Shown piece by piece: positions 39,557 through 51,480 of a DNA stretch of 64,000 nucleotides; the first letter of the stretch is position 1; every line of letters starts with the position of its first letter. The stretch comes from Macrostomum lignano. Lineage: Eukaryota. Both the position numbers and the translations under genes were made by a program. Below the pieces are notes generated by a model that did no database searches, was not told where the DNA came from, and saw nothing but the letters and a program-made list of their open reading frames with translations. Where the stretch lies: assembly GCA_002269645.1 (NCBI GenBank), contig NIVC01000788.1, positions 229,777 through 293,776 on the forward strand. Reading direction: 5' to 3'.

Positions 39557-42500
39557 TTGGACATAAACAAAGATAGATTTAAATATCAAATGCTTCGTGT
39601 TAAGTTATTAATATACACATTTAAAATTTAACTCATTTTTATAACTGCTGAGTGTGGTAACTAAGAAACAAGATTAAAACTTTACACTTTACATCTAAAA
39701 ATAAGACCAGTAGAAGTTTGGTACAAAAATGTTCGTCAATAGAGGCCTAGTGTTGCAGCCGTAGGCCTAGTTCTAGGGTAATAGTCAATACAGACAAGAA
39801 AGTTTAATTTCCTTTGATCACTTAAAACCTAAGGCCTAACGGAGCATAAACGGCACTATTTTGATAAATCAAAATAATCGTCAGATGAAAAAAAATACAG
39901 TTAAAAATTAGGCTGTTAGTGAAGCAAACGGTAACAGTAAGGTTAATAGATCCTTGTTAATCAAGAAAATCAAGAAAAAAATAAAGCGCGCGGCATGTAC
40001 AGAGTACAGCTTGTTAAATGAAAAATCAGACACGAGAACCGATTTTTAAAAATGTTTGTCGAATCACGTAAAACAAAGTTACAAAATCATAGCTAAAAAA
40101 CGATGTTTTAGTCCTATGTAAAACATTTACAAAATTAGAACCAAAAACTCTAGTTTTTAAAGTATTTGAAAAAAATTAAACCTTTTTGTAGAAATAGTCC
40201 GTTAACTATAAACGCTGGAACCCTGGATCTGGAGGGCCCCCGGATGGATGGAACCTCTGATTCGGACCGATGCTGCACTGGACTTCGGAAGTTCGGAACC
40301 ATCATGCATTCATGCATTGGATGATTTGCCAAAGAGACGTACGTGGCTGACGTCTTCTAAGGAAACTCTAACGGAAATAATATTCAATAAGTATTGTAAG
40401 AAACTTGTATGAAATAGTAAACGTTAGGCCTAAGGCTTAAACAAGTCAAGGAATCCAACACAGTAGGCCCCTAGTAATATTTAAAAATGTCGCTATAGCT
40501 ATAGGCTTTTTAGCCATTGCTAGACATATAGCCATATAGGCTAGGGCCTATGAAAAGCTTTGTATCTTATTGATATACTATATATAAATTATAGATCTGG
40601 CTATACTGATAGTTTGGTCTAAAATAAAAATGTCATGATTGCAGTTACATTGGCATTGACATTTAACCATTTTGAAATTGTAATTATTTGATTATCTTGA
40701 TAAGATTAAGAATACGGTGATCTTTTGGTTTCATGATCTAAATTAGGCCCTATTTTAACACTTTTTTCAAACTTTTCAGAGCTGAGAAGCATGGAAGCAG
40801 AAGCATTTTTATTTTTATTAGAGGCAGGGGGGTTGTGTGCACCCTGGCGAAGCAGAAGCGTATGTTCAAATAAGTTTGTACTGCACTGCTTGTAGGACCA
40901 GCGCCAGCCATCGATGGAGTCCTTGCCAAGACATCGCTGAAGTGACATAGTAATGTAGGCCTAGGGCCTAACAGGTCTTGCAATTCCTGCTATTGGCAAG
41001 CAGGTGGTGCCTTACCATCCAATGCATCGCCTCGACAACATTGGGCACCAATGCAACCAGTCCTCAATGATTGACATCAATGATCAATGTCATATAGAAC
41101 TATGCTGTTGAGGACTTTGATGGCTGTGACAATGGTCTGTGGCGCAGGAGGTCAACCAGCCATACTAGCAATAGCTAAAAAGTTTGATAAAAGCATTAGG
41201 CCTAAAATAATTTAAAGTGGGAAACCAAAAGATTGCCAAGAATACTACTAACTAGGCCTAGAATACTAACTAACCAATAATGGCAAATGTAATGCAGATA
41301 TTTCTATATTTGTGTTTGTATTTTTGCATTATTTTGTACAAAATATTGTAGGCCCTAAATTAGTTTTAAATAGGAATATAACAAAATAAAAATATTAACA
41401 CCTTTCCTGTTAGCATATATTGTTAATGATAATAAATTTATATGAATAAATGCAATCCATTTCATAATACCCACTTTGGTAACAAAGCAGATTTACAACT
41501 AGGCCTATTAATATAGTAATACTATGTTTCTATGATGGTAATTAAATTTAGTAATAATTATTTAAATAATTAACATCTTAAATAGTATATTTCTATATAT
41601 GATTAAATTAAATTTATTAGTTAACTATATAATTTGTTTAAACTAACATATTAATTTTGTGATAAATTTGAAAGTAAAGAATATTAAGCAAAACATATAT
41701 ATATATTAAAATTTGATATTTAAATTAATTAATGAAAAAAAGTAGACTCTATAATTTTAAATTGCTAGTTGCTAACTCACATTCTAATGTATATAATATT
41801 TAGTCAATTACAAGATGTCTTGGTGCATATATATATGACTCTTCTAGAAATTATAATATTAATAGATTAGTTAAAATACTTTTAATTAGTTCTTATATTT
41901 CAATACTATATTGGTCTTAGATCATCAGGATAGCCAATATACCCTATGTGAAACCACTTCTTACAATGATTGCAATTGACCTGTTAAAAAATAGCAAAGT
42001 TACAGGATTTAGGGCTTATTCATATTGCTATCAAACAACCATTTGTTCATGCAATTTTTTTAATGTCTAGATTAATACCCATTAAAAGAAATGTACAAAG
42101 CATTTGTTTTGATAGTGGTTGATAGCAGTTTGAACATGTCTGCACAAAAAAGCTTTATATAGTTTTTAGTCAAATAATCAGTCCTTATCAGTCATAATTA
42201 TTGCATAGCAACTACAACATAAATATTACATAATGATTCAAATTATTGCATATCCAATTTTCTAGGCTAGAAATTCAAAATGGCAACAATATCTTGCCAC
42301 ATTTAAAGCACAAGTTATCAATATTATCTGGATTGTCTAACAGCCAATGCTAGATTTTTTGCCTCTTAGAGGGTATAGTTGTTGGCAAAAGATCAATTTT
42401 TGATCTGATTGCAATTCTAGAAATGTAGCTATAAATTTGCAAACAAATATGCCACAGCTTCTAACATCTCACTGATTAAGATGCTACAAAGTAAGCAGTT

Positions 42501-42663
42501 GCAAAACTAGCTAGAGCAAATAGCTATACAGCAAGTAAGAATGTAAGTGCAGCTTGAATTCTATGAATCAGCATTTAAAATATAAAATCACAATCACAAA
42601 TGTTCATTATATATATATAAAAAGCAGCTAGGCACTGATACTTTGAAAAAATGCAAGTGCATA

Positions 42664-43044
42664 TGTGACAGGGGTTATCCCTCTGTCTTTATAAACAATC
42701 CCACTAATTGCCACCAAAGTGACAGGCCTTTTGGCTCTTTCTTTCTAAACTCCTAACTACTGATGCTAGTGTTTATTAAATCTCCTATGAGCTGCCACCA
42801 AAGTTGTACAGGTGTTGTTCCTATCTACCAATTTAAAGTCTATCCTAATTGCACTTCTATTTTCACTCCTTAACTGTTTCTTAGAATTTCATTTGAATAT
42901 CCTGGTAGCGTTTTATGTATTAGTCTGGTAGCATCTGATGTATTAGTCTGGTAGCATCTTATGTATGGCCTGAGTGGTCTAGTACTCGTACATGAACTTA
43001 TCAGATTGTCCTAGTCAGGCGTTCACCGGGATTAGAGGGTCACA
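42664..43044. mobile_element. Probable solo LTR (381 bp)
   Basis: TGTGAC...GTCACA inverted termini with 5-bp flanks GCATA / GCACA (4/5). TATA-like and AATAAA/ATTAAA-like motifs lie inside. Confidence 0.6.
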
Positions 43045-44149
43045 GCACAACTCTCTGAATTTCCCTTTGTATATTTTCCCAATCCCTTCTTTTAGTAAGT
43101 TTCTGAGCATTGTTACTCCCTTTTTCCTTAAAATAACTAACTTAATAAGATTTCAAAGTTTATCTGAGAATATAGAACAAACCAATATTTTAGTGCACAA
43201 GTATTTCAAGTGCAAGAAAAGGTTACTTTTATTTAGGCAAAATTCACTTGTATATATAGGATTCGGGAAGGCTAGGTTATAACAAAAATTATTTACCATT
43301 TATAATTTGCTATTTAAAACAAAGTAGAATAGTGTTTCTTAGTTTTCGCGCTAATTCAATTTTACTGTAGTTAAAGCAATTTTCGCGTGTATAATAGGAT
43401 AAGCAAAGTTACAATGATCTATTAACAAACATTCTATTATAGGCACTAGCAAATGAATTATTAAGGTATTATAAAGACATATTATAGGCACTGGTATATA
43501 TATATATATATATATGTACAATACAATATAGGATAAACTTATTGTTTTCAGTTTTTTCAATAAACCTTTAGTCAGCTTTGATTGGTCTTTGCTAAGGATT
43601 ATGTCAACCCTATAATTAGGTCAATTAGATAGGATTGTGGCACATCATAAACCAAAGCTAGAATAACAATAAAGGTATGCACTATCTAAAATGTTAATCA
43701 GTGTACTATGAGGATAAGCATTGCCAGTTCGAAAATCTATTGCCAAGGCCTACTTGGCAAATGGTAGGAATCTTTACTTGAAACCTATATAGTCTATTGT
43801 TATGTCTGCAAGGATTCAAAATTATTTGGCATCTATTATATTGTGGACTATTGTGAGCTCTTGTAATACCTAATGGCTCATTAACTTAGCTCATTTTGAA
43901 TGTTGTGACTTAAATACTTAAGACAATGGGATATTTTAGGGAAGCCTCTTTGTTTGCTTTGCTTACTAGGAAGCAACACTGAAATTCTGCCTATACAAGT
44001 TGGGTCTTGTTTTTCTTCCCTAGACTACCCAAGAGCCCACTTATTTCAGTGCATTTATATAGATGTGTATAAATTGGTACATGTTTATTTAAAAAATAAA
44101 AAGCTGAAATTACAAATTATACAACAAATACCTTACCTATAATTATACC

Positions 44150-45748
44150 TTACAATTTGTGGCTTTCTTGTTCTTTGCCTTCTCATTGCTTTTCCACAAC
44201 TGCAAGTCTGGCTTGAAAGGATCTTAAAATTAATAGATTCACTCACATAGTCCTGGCAAAGCTCAATAATATTTTGAACTAAGTTTCCAGAGCAATTAAT
44301 AGACCATTATCTTGCATATGTCCAAACATGAAGTAGGATGCCTTCAAAAGAAAAAATACCAATTTGCTAGGGCACTTCAGACCACCTTGTTCACGCATTT
44401 GAAACAGGGCAAAGTTGTTGGCACAATCCTCTTCAGCAATAAACTCCAAGTAATTGTTAGTAAGTAGAAGATTCTTGCAGTCAGTGCACTTTAGCTGGCT
44501 ACATAGAGCTTTAGAAACATAGCCACCAAGATAGAAACAAATTTTTTGGTCACTAGATGTAAGAGCAGCGTCAAGATGCTAGCGACCTGGAAGCTTCATG
44601 GATAAGAGTGGATTAAAAAAACTTGGATAAACTTGCCTGGTCAAGAATTTTTTAATCTTTTAGTCCAAGGCCATGAAACTGAAGCAGGCTGGAAACGCGA
44701 ATTTTCTTCTTGGCTTGAAGGATCTGCCAAATTGAAACAAAATATTTGCCTCTGTAAAATTGACAGTAGCAACCAAAGCGCTGCTCGATCCAGTCACTGA
44801 CTATCTTACCTGTCAAAAACAAAGAGAAATAAATACCTAGAAAAAAAAGTGCTCAGAAAGATCAGCAAGAGTGAGACAGCAGGACTTAACAGCAAGGAAA
44901 GTGGGAACAGTCAAGCCGGGCAACTTCGAATCCTCCCAACGTTGGAAGAAATGGCAAACTGGCGCAGCTTGTCGAGATGGTGATCGTTCAGCACCAGTGA
45001 AGCGGCGTCGGGAAGCCACTTTTCCTTCGCTTTCCTAGTGGTCTTGACATTCTAGATCGTCTGCATATTAAGAATGAGCGTTAGGAAAGCTACCAAGCCA
45101 GAGGAAAAATGGTAGAACTTTGCTTCTTTTACAGTAGACTCGCTGAATATGCTGGCTGCGTGCTGAACATTAGTCTTCTCCAGGTTCGTTGGATTCAAGG
45201 ACCTTGTATTCATTTGAAAGGCGATCCGAGCTGGTTGCCCAGTTCTTGTTCATGAAATTTGTACAAATCGTGAAAATCTGCTGTTTGGATATTCTGGGGT
45301 TGGTGAAGTCCGGAAATTAAAACACCTGGCGCGAAATCCATTTGTTCAAGATGTTCTTGAAGTTGTATACAGGGTCGAAGAGAAGGAACAGCGGCTCACT
45401 AGACACCAGATTCGGAATTGATGACTGCAGCTTGCCTTTGCATAGAAGACCCTGAAAGAGGCTCCTATTCACTGCATTGTTGTCAACAATGCACACCACT
45501 GGCTTCAGGTAAACCCGATCAAGCAGAGCAAGGCAGTCAGTGAGGTGATTTTGCAAGTCCAGAGCACTAAGGATACTTTTTGGAATAAGAGAAATTACTT
45601 CCTGGAAGTATCCATGCAGCAACTTGATCAGAAAAGCGCACACAGTTTTGGCAAGCTCATCAGTTTCTGCGTCATTGCCAAATACCTTGCCTTCACTGAA
45701 TTTCATTTGCTTCGACGAATAAATTTCGTCGATTGCAAGAAAAACTAC
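44150..45748 (-). pseudogene. Decayed P-element-superfamily (THAP9-like) transposase
   Basis: Motifs in order across stops and frameshifts: FLAIDEIY, CIVDNNAVNR, LFDPVYNFKN, NPTNLEKTNV, GKIVSDWIEQRFG...KKKIR, YLGGYVSK...CTDC, EQGGLKCPS. Family assigned from recalled motifs, not a search. Confidence 0.85.
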
Positions 45749-46084
45749 CTGCTGCAGGAAGGGCTGCATCTTAGCTAGAGGCTCAGCCGGATCTGGCACT
45801 TCTGTTCAATCATAGAACAGAAGTGCAGGCAGGACAAAATCTGTTTGAACCTGTCTCTAGATAAAGAACATTTCTCAGCCACGAATGCACAATAGAAAGT
45901 CGGATCTTTTGACCAGTAGCTGGATATTTTCGGTTTTTTTATCCATCAGCAGCATTATTCCGATAAGTTTTCTTATCTCGTCAATTCTTTCTTACCAGAC
46001 TGCAAGTACTGTCTGTCTATGGCTAGGACCCACAGAGTTAGTCCCCGTTTTTAGTAGAAAGCTTCAGTCCGAAAAGGGGGTTAA
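45749..46084 (-). mobile_element. piggyBac (PGBD4-like) remnant with candidate terminus TTAA|CCCCCTTTTCGG
   Basis: DEIRKLIGIMLLM.KKPKISSYWSKDP...LSRDRFKQILSCLHF...DPAEPLAKMQPFL is typical of piggyBac transposase N-terminal halves. GGGGG-TTAA at 46076-46084. Confidence 0.75.
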
Positions 46085-46514
46085 AAATTTCACTCAAACG
46101 ACAAAAGTTAACACTAAATATGGAATTTTAAATGCAAAATTCTTTTTTGGGGCATCGCTGTTGTGACATAATTTTCTCCACAATATATCCCTAATTAAAT
46201 GAAAGTTTTAAAATGCACTTACTAAAGGTCTCAAGTACTATACCATTATAGATTCGGAAGAATTATGATAATGTCCTCATTTCTTTCAAACAGGCATAAA
46301 TTGTTTAGTTCACTTATAACACTAGAAAGGTCGAGCTGAACCAGTTATTTTGTTCATTATACATTATTCCAGCTGCTGTAATCAACTTTAAAATTTCTCA
46401 AACAGACTGACTGTTTCACAAAACAGTAGTGCTGTAGGATTGGCGGCCAAATTGCTGGTCAATTGTTGTATTAAAAAATAGTCAATCAGAACAGCTGACT
46501 CCAAATTTGGCATC

Positions 46515-47554
46515 ATGGCTGCGGCGCCAGACGATGGCGCAATTGTGGTTGCCCGCTACGACTACAAGGCCACGGACGGCTCCGAGCTCACTATACGCAA
46601 ATCCGAGCGGCTCATGCTGCTAGACGACAGTCAGCACTGGTGGAAGGTGCAAAATTCCGAAGGGAAAGAGGGCTACGTGCCCAGCAACTATATGAAGAAA
46701 GTTCGTCAAGGCCTATTCAGCTCTTTAAAGAATACGCTTACTAAAAAGAAAAGTAAAAAAGAACTGCAGCAGCAACAGCAGCAGCGTCAAAGCACTGTTG
46801 GTTCGCCGCACGGTACGACATCTGCCGGTGGCGGCGGAGCTTTCCTGCCGAAATCTGGCAGCAGCGGCGGCGGCGACCGCCTGCTTGGCCTGGGCAGCTC
46901 ACCGTTGGAGCCCGCCGCCGCTGCCGCCTCACATTTTGGCACTCATTCGAATGGCGGCGGCGGCAGTGCAGCCGGCGACTATCTGCCACCGGCGTCGGGG
47001 GCGCCTCTCCTAGGCGTCAACGGAGCCGGCGGCGACCCTGCAGTCGAAGGCGGCCGAGTAGCCGTCGCTCGCTACGCTTACCAGGCCGCCCAGGACGACG
47101 AATTGTCCATGATTAAAGGCGACCTGATCACCGTGCTGGAGGAGAGCACCGACGGTTGGTGGCGCGGTCGGCAGCTGCGCAGCGACCGCGTCGGCTGGTT
47201 CCCGTCTAATTACGTGTCTGTCGAGGCGCCAACTGTAGCAGCGGCGTTGGCAGCCGCACCGCCGGCATCAAACATTCAATCGATGTCTTCGCCGCCTGGC
47301 CAGCAGCACTCGGCGTCCGTTCCCGCGCCTGCCGGGCCGCTAAAAATGGTGCCAGCCGTAAGCGAGGCGCCGAAATCGACATCGGCGCCGATTGCTGGAC
47401 CAGCTGTCCCGGCGTCAACAGGCAGCGCAGGCCAGGACGCGATGTTCCTAGTTGAGACTTTGTACCGATTCACGGCCACGCACTCCGAGGAGATGGGCTT
47501 CCGGGAGAATGAAATCCTGCGCGTTATCGCTACGCCTGCCGACGACCCGGAGTG
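46515..47554 (+). CDS. NCK: Nck/dock adaptor exon 1 (SH3-1, SH3-2, first half of SH3-3)
   Basis: ORF-track protein with VVARYDYKA...WWKVQN...GYVPSNY, VARYAYQA...DGWWRG...GWFPSNY and VETLYRF...DDPE. Donor TG|gtaaag at 47554/47555. Confidence 0.97.
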
Positions 47555-47604
47555 GTAAAGTTGAAATTCTGTAGCAATTTTCTGGGATCTTTGTCGTTTT
47601 ATCT

Positions 47605-48088
47605 ACCCTGTCTAACAGGTGTTCCATCTACCCTAACAGGTGTTCTATCTACCCTAACAGGTGTTCCATCTTCCCTGTCTAATAGGTGTTCTATCTACCC
47701 TGTATAGCAGGTGTACAATCTGGCCTGTCTAACAGGTGTTCTATCTACCCTGTCTAAAAGGTGTTCTATTTACCCTGTCTAAAAGGTGTTCTATGTACCC
47801 TGTCTAAAAGGTGTTCTATTTACCCTGTCTAAAAGGTGTTCTATGTACCCTGTCTAAAAGGTGTTCTATGTACCCTGTCTAAAAGGTGTTCTATTTACCC
47901 TGTCTAAAAGGTGTTCTATGTACCCTGTCTAAAAGGTGTTCTATGTACCCTGTCTAAAAGGTGTTCTATCTACCCTGTCTAAAAGGTGTTCTATTTACCC
48001 TGTCTAAAAGGTGTTCTATGTACCCTGTCTAAAAGGTGTTCTATGTACCCTGTCTAAAAGGTGTTCTATGTACCCTGTCTAAAAGGTG
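47605..48088. repeat. 25-bp array CTGTCTAAAAGGTGTTCTATKTACC (~19 copies) filling Nck intron 1
   Basis: Period read directly. Confidence 0.95.
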
Positions 48089-48143
48089 TAAGGATTATGA
48101 TCTAACATGTCGACATCGCATCCTGTCTAACTGTCGAATCCAG

Positions 48144-48468
48144 GTGGCTGGCCAAGAACTCTGCCGGCCAGTCGGGTCTAATACCCAAGAATTATGTTCG
48201 CGTCCTGCCGCCAAGCGGCACTACAGGAGCTTCCGAGGTCAACCGGGGATACCAGGATCAGCAATCAGCACCTCTGCCTCATCACCAACAGCAGCAGCAG
48301 CAGCCGGTTCGGGATCCGCGTCAGCAGTTTATAGACGCAGATGCGGAAGCCCAGGGTTTGGCTAATCGGCCCTACTATTGGGGCTGCATTAGTAGGGGCG
48401 AAGCGGACAGAATGCTGATGCAGATGGCCCGTCCTGGCGAGTTTATTATTCGAACGGGAGAGTCTAAT
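48144..48468 (+). CDS. NCK: Nck exon 2 (rest of SH3-3, linker, SH2 N-half)
   Basis: aatccag|G TGG CTG... completes W and gives WLAKNSAGQSGLIPKNYVRVLP...LANRPYYWGCISRGEADRMLMQMARPGEFIIRTGESN, then |gtgagt. Open throughout. Confidence 0.97.
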
Positions 48469-48514
48469 GTGAGTCCGTCATTATTTATCAAGACTCGAGT
48501 AGTGCGGGGACGGG

Positions 48515-49507
48515 GGCAGGATCTGGGAGGATGCCGTTGACCCTGCATGTGAGGATCTGGGAAGGTGGCGGTGCCCTCCAAGTGAGGATCTGGGAGGATG
48601 CCGTTGACCCTGCAAGTGAGGATCTGGGAGGATGCCGTTGACCCTGCAAGTGAGGATCTGGGAGGATGCCGTTGACCCTGCAAGTGAGGATCTGGGAGGA
48701 TGCCGTTGACCCTGCAAGTGAGGATCTGGGAGGATGCCGTTGACCCTGCAAGTGAGGATCTGGGAGGATGCCGTTGACCCTGCAAGTGAGGATCTGGGAG
48801 GATGCCGTTGACCCTGCAAGTGAGGATCTGGGAGGATGCCGTTGACCCTGCAAGTGAGGATCTGGGAGGATGCCGTTGACCCTGCAAGTGAGGATCTGGG
48901 AGGATGCCGTTGACCCTGCAAGTGAGGATCTGGGAGGATGCCGTTGACCCTGCAAGTGAGGATCTGGGAGGATGCCGTTGACCCTGCAAGTGAGGATCTG
49001 GGAGGATGCCGTTGACCCTGCAAGTGAGGATCTGGGAGGATGCCGTTGACCCTGCAAGTGAGGATCTGGGAGGATGCCGTTGACCCTGCAAGTGAGGATC
49101 TGGGAGGATGCCGTTGACCCTGCAAGTGAGGATCTGGGAGGATGCCGTTGACCCTGCAAGTGAGGATCTGGGAGGATGCCGTTGACCCTGCAAGTGAGGA
49201 TCTGGGAGGATGCCGTTGACCCTGCAAGTGAGGATCTGGGAGGATGCCGTTGACCCTGCAAGTGAGGATCTGGGAGGATGCCGTTGACCCTGCAAGTGAG
49301 GATCTGGGAGGATGCCGTTGACCCTGCAAGTGAGGATCTGGGAGGATGCCGTTGACCCTGCAAGTGAGGATCTGGGAGGATGCCGTTGACCCTGCAAGTG
49401 AGGATCTGGGAGGATGCCGTTGACCCTGCAAGTGAGGATCTGGGAGGATCCCGTTGAGCCTTCAGGTGAGGATCTGGGAGGGTGGCGGTGCCCTCCAAGC
49501 GAGGATC
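48515..49507. repeat. 34-bp array GAGGATCTGGGAGGATGCCGTTGACCCTGCAAGT (~29 copies, core identical)
   Basis: Period read directly. Confidence 0.97.
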
Positions 49508-50049
49508 TTAATTTTTTAACCACTGACTTTATTTGGCACAGTTGGTCACGGGTGTGGAATCGAGCCCAAGACCTCCCGATTGCAAAATCTATGAAAAAAA
49601 TACGAGAGCATATAGTTCATAAACAAACAAATGTATTGAATGCCTGAGATAATATAAAGCCAACTATTAGTGTTATATGAAAGTACTTTTCTACCAGTCA
49701 GGTAGTGCCACTCACTAGGGTAGAGATTTTACTATAGAACAAAAAAAGACCAACAACGGCCGGCTGCGGCATGTTCATTTCCGCGCGCCTTCTGCTTTCC
49801 GTCTTTTCGTCTGCTTCTGTCGTTGTCAACAGTGTTGAAAGAGAACACAGAAAGGAATAGAAATATTCGGGCCCTGGCGGGGGCAGCTGGAATCCGCCGG
49901 GCGCACTGTGCAATGATTGATGGAATGCCGCGACTTAGTAAAATGCAATAACAGGAGAATTGCTGCATTGAAAGTAGAAACGGCCGAGACTGAAAAACTT
50001 GCCGATTTCCGATACGTGTCGAAACTCAATTTCTTCGAAATTAGACTAG

Positions 50050-50490
50050 ACAGATGCGGCAGAACCAGCTCAGCGTCTTGACACTCAGCTTGTGCTAGGG
50101 GTTGTCGTGCGATTCACAACCAGCTTGTGCTAGGGGTTGTCGTGCGATTCACAACCAACTTGTGCTAGGGGTTGTCGTGCGATTCACAACCAACTTGTGC
50201 TAGGGGTTGTCGTGCGATTCACAACCAGCTTGTGCTAGGGGTTGTCGTGCGATTCACAACCAACTTGTGCTAGGGGTTGTCGTGCGATTCACAACCAGCT
50301 TGTGCTAGGGGTTGTCGTGCGATTCACAACCAGCTTGTGCTAGGGGTTGTCGTGCGATTCACAACCCTCAAGGCACACAGAGTGTACATGCCTGCTGATT
50401 AGACAGTCAGGGCCGCTGTACACCCTGTGTGAGCCTGTGTACGCTTGCATGTGCTCAAGAGTCAGCGGAATGGGCAGAATTGCCGATACC
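50050..50490 (+). mobile_element. SINE family B copy carrying an internal 35-bp tandem expansion (~8 units, 50085-50367)
   Basis: Head GCGGCAGAACCAGCTCAGCG, then (AGCTTGTGCTAGGGGTTGTCGTGCGATTCACAACC)n, then the normal body. Confidence 0.75.
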
Positions 50491-50977
50491 AAATTGACAA
50501 TTTAACAAACCCAAAAGTATACTGAATAGCTTAAAGCATGCAAATGTGGAGCAAGTGCTTTCCTTTTTAAGAAATATTCATGAATAAATTTGTCATTCAT
50601 TGTACTCTTTTGTAGCTTCACAGTTTTGCAGCTTCACAGTATGTTTACACATGCATATCCAGCTTCTGCCCCGCCGATAAGGGGAGGCTTTCGTTGTCCG
50701 TCAAATTCTTCCCAATCCGTCACTCCATCTCATCGCCCGGGATTGATTAAATGAAGAAAAGCTGTTCTGCTTGAATTTTCGAGTATCACGCCCGTCGTCC
50801 GTGCCTCGTTTTCTGCTTCTAGTAGATTTCTAAGAATTCTTGAGAATATTCGGCGAATCAGTGAGAGTTCCGCTTCTTTTCAATCTCTGCATTCCTAGTT
50901 TGTATTTTGTAAATCTAATCAGTGTGCAAATTCTTATGCTTGTTCGAGGTATGTAGAATACTAAATACGAGGGGCAT

Positions 50978-51480
50978 GCTCAGCAACTGAGGATCTGGGA
51001 GGCTGGCCCAGCAACTGAGGATCTGGGAGGCATGCCCAGCAACTGAGGATCTGGGGCGCCGGCCCAGCAGCTGAAGATCTGGGAGGCTGGCCCAGCAACT
51101 GAGGATCTGGGAGGCTGGCCCAGCGACTGCGGATCTGGGAGGCCGGCCCAGCAGCTGAGGATCTGGGACGCTGGCCCAGCAACTGAGGATCTGGGAGGCT
51201 GGCCCAGCAACCGAGGATCTGGGAGGCCGGCCCAGCAGCTGAAGATCTGGGAGGCTGGCCCAGAAACTGAGGATCTGGGAGGCTGGCCCAGCAACTGAGG
51301 ATCTGGGAGGCTGGCCCAGCAACCGAGGATCTGGGAGGCCGGCCCAGCAGCTGAAGATCTGGGAGGCTGGCCCAGAAACTGAGGATCTGGGAGGCTGGCC
51401 CAGCAACTGAGGATCTGGGAGGCCGGCCCAGCAACTGAGGATCTGGGAGGCCGGCCCAGCAGCTGAGGGTCTCGGAGGAT
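50978..51480 (+). repeat. 28-bp array TGAGGATCTGGGAGGCTGGCCCAGCAAC (~18 copies)
   Basis: Period read directly. Confidence 0.95.
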
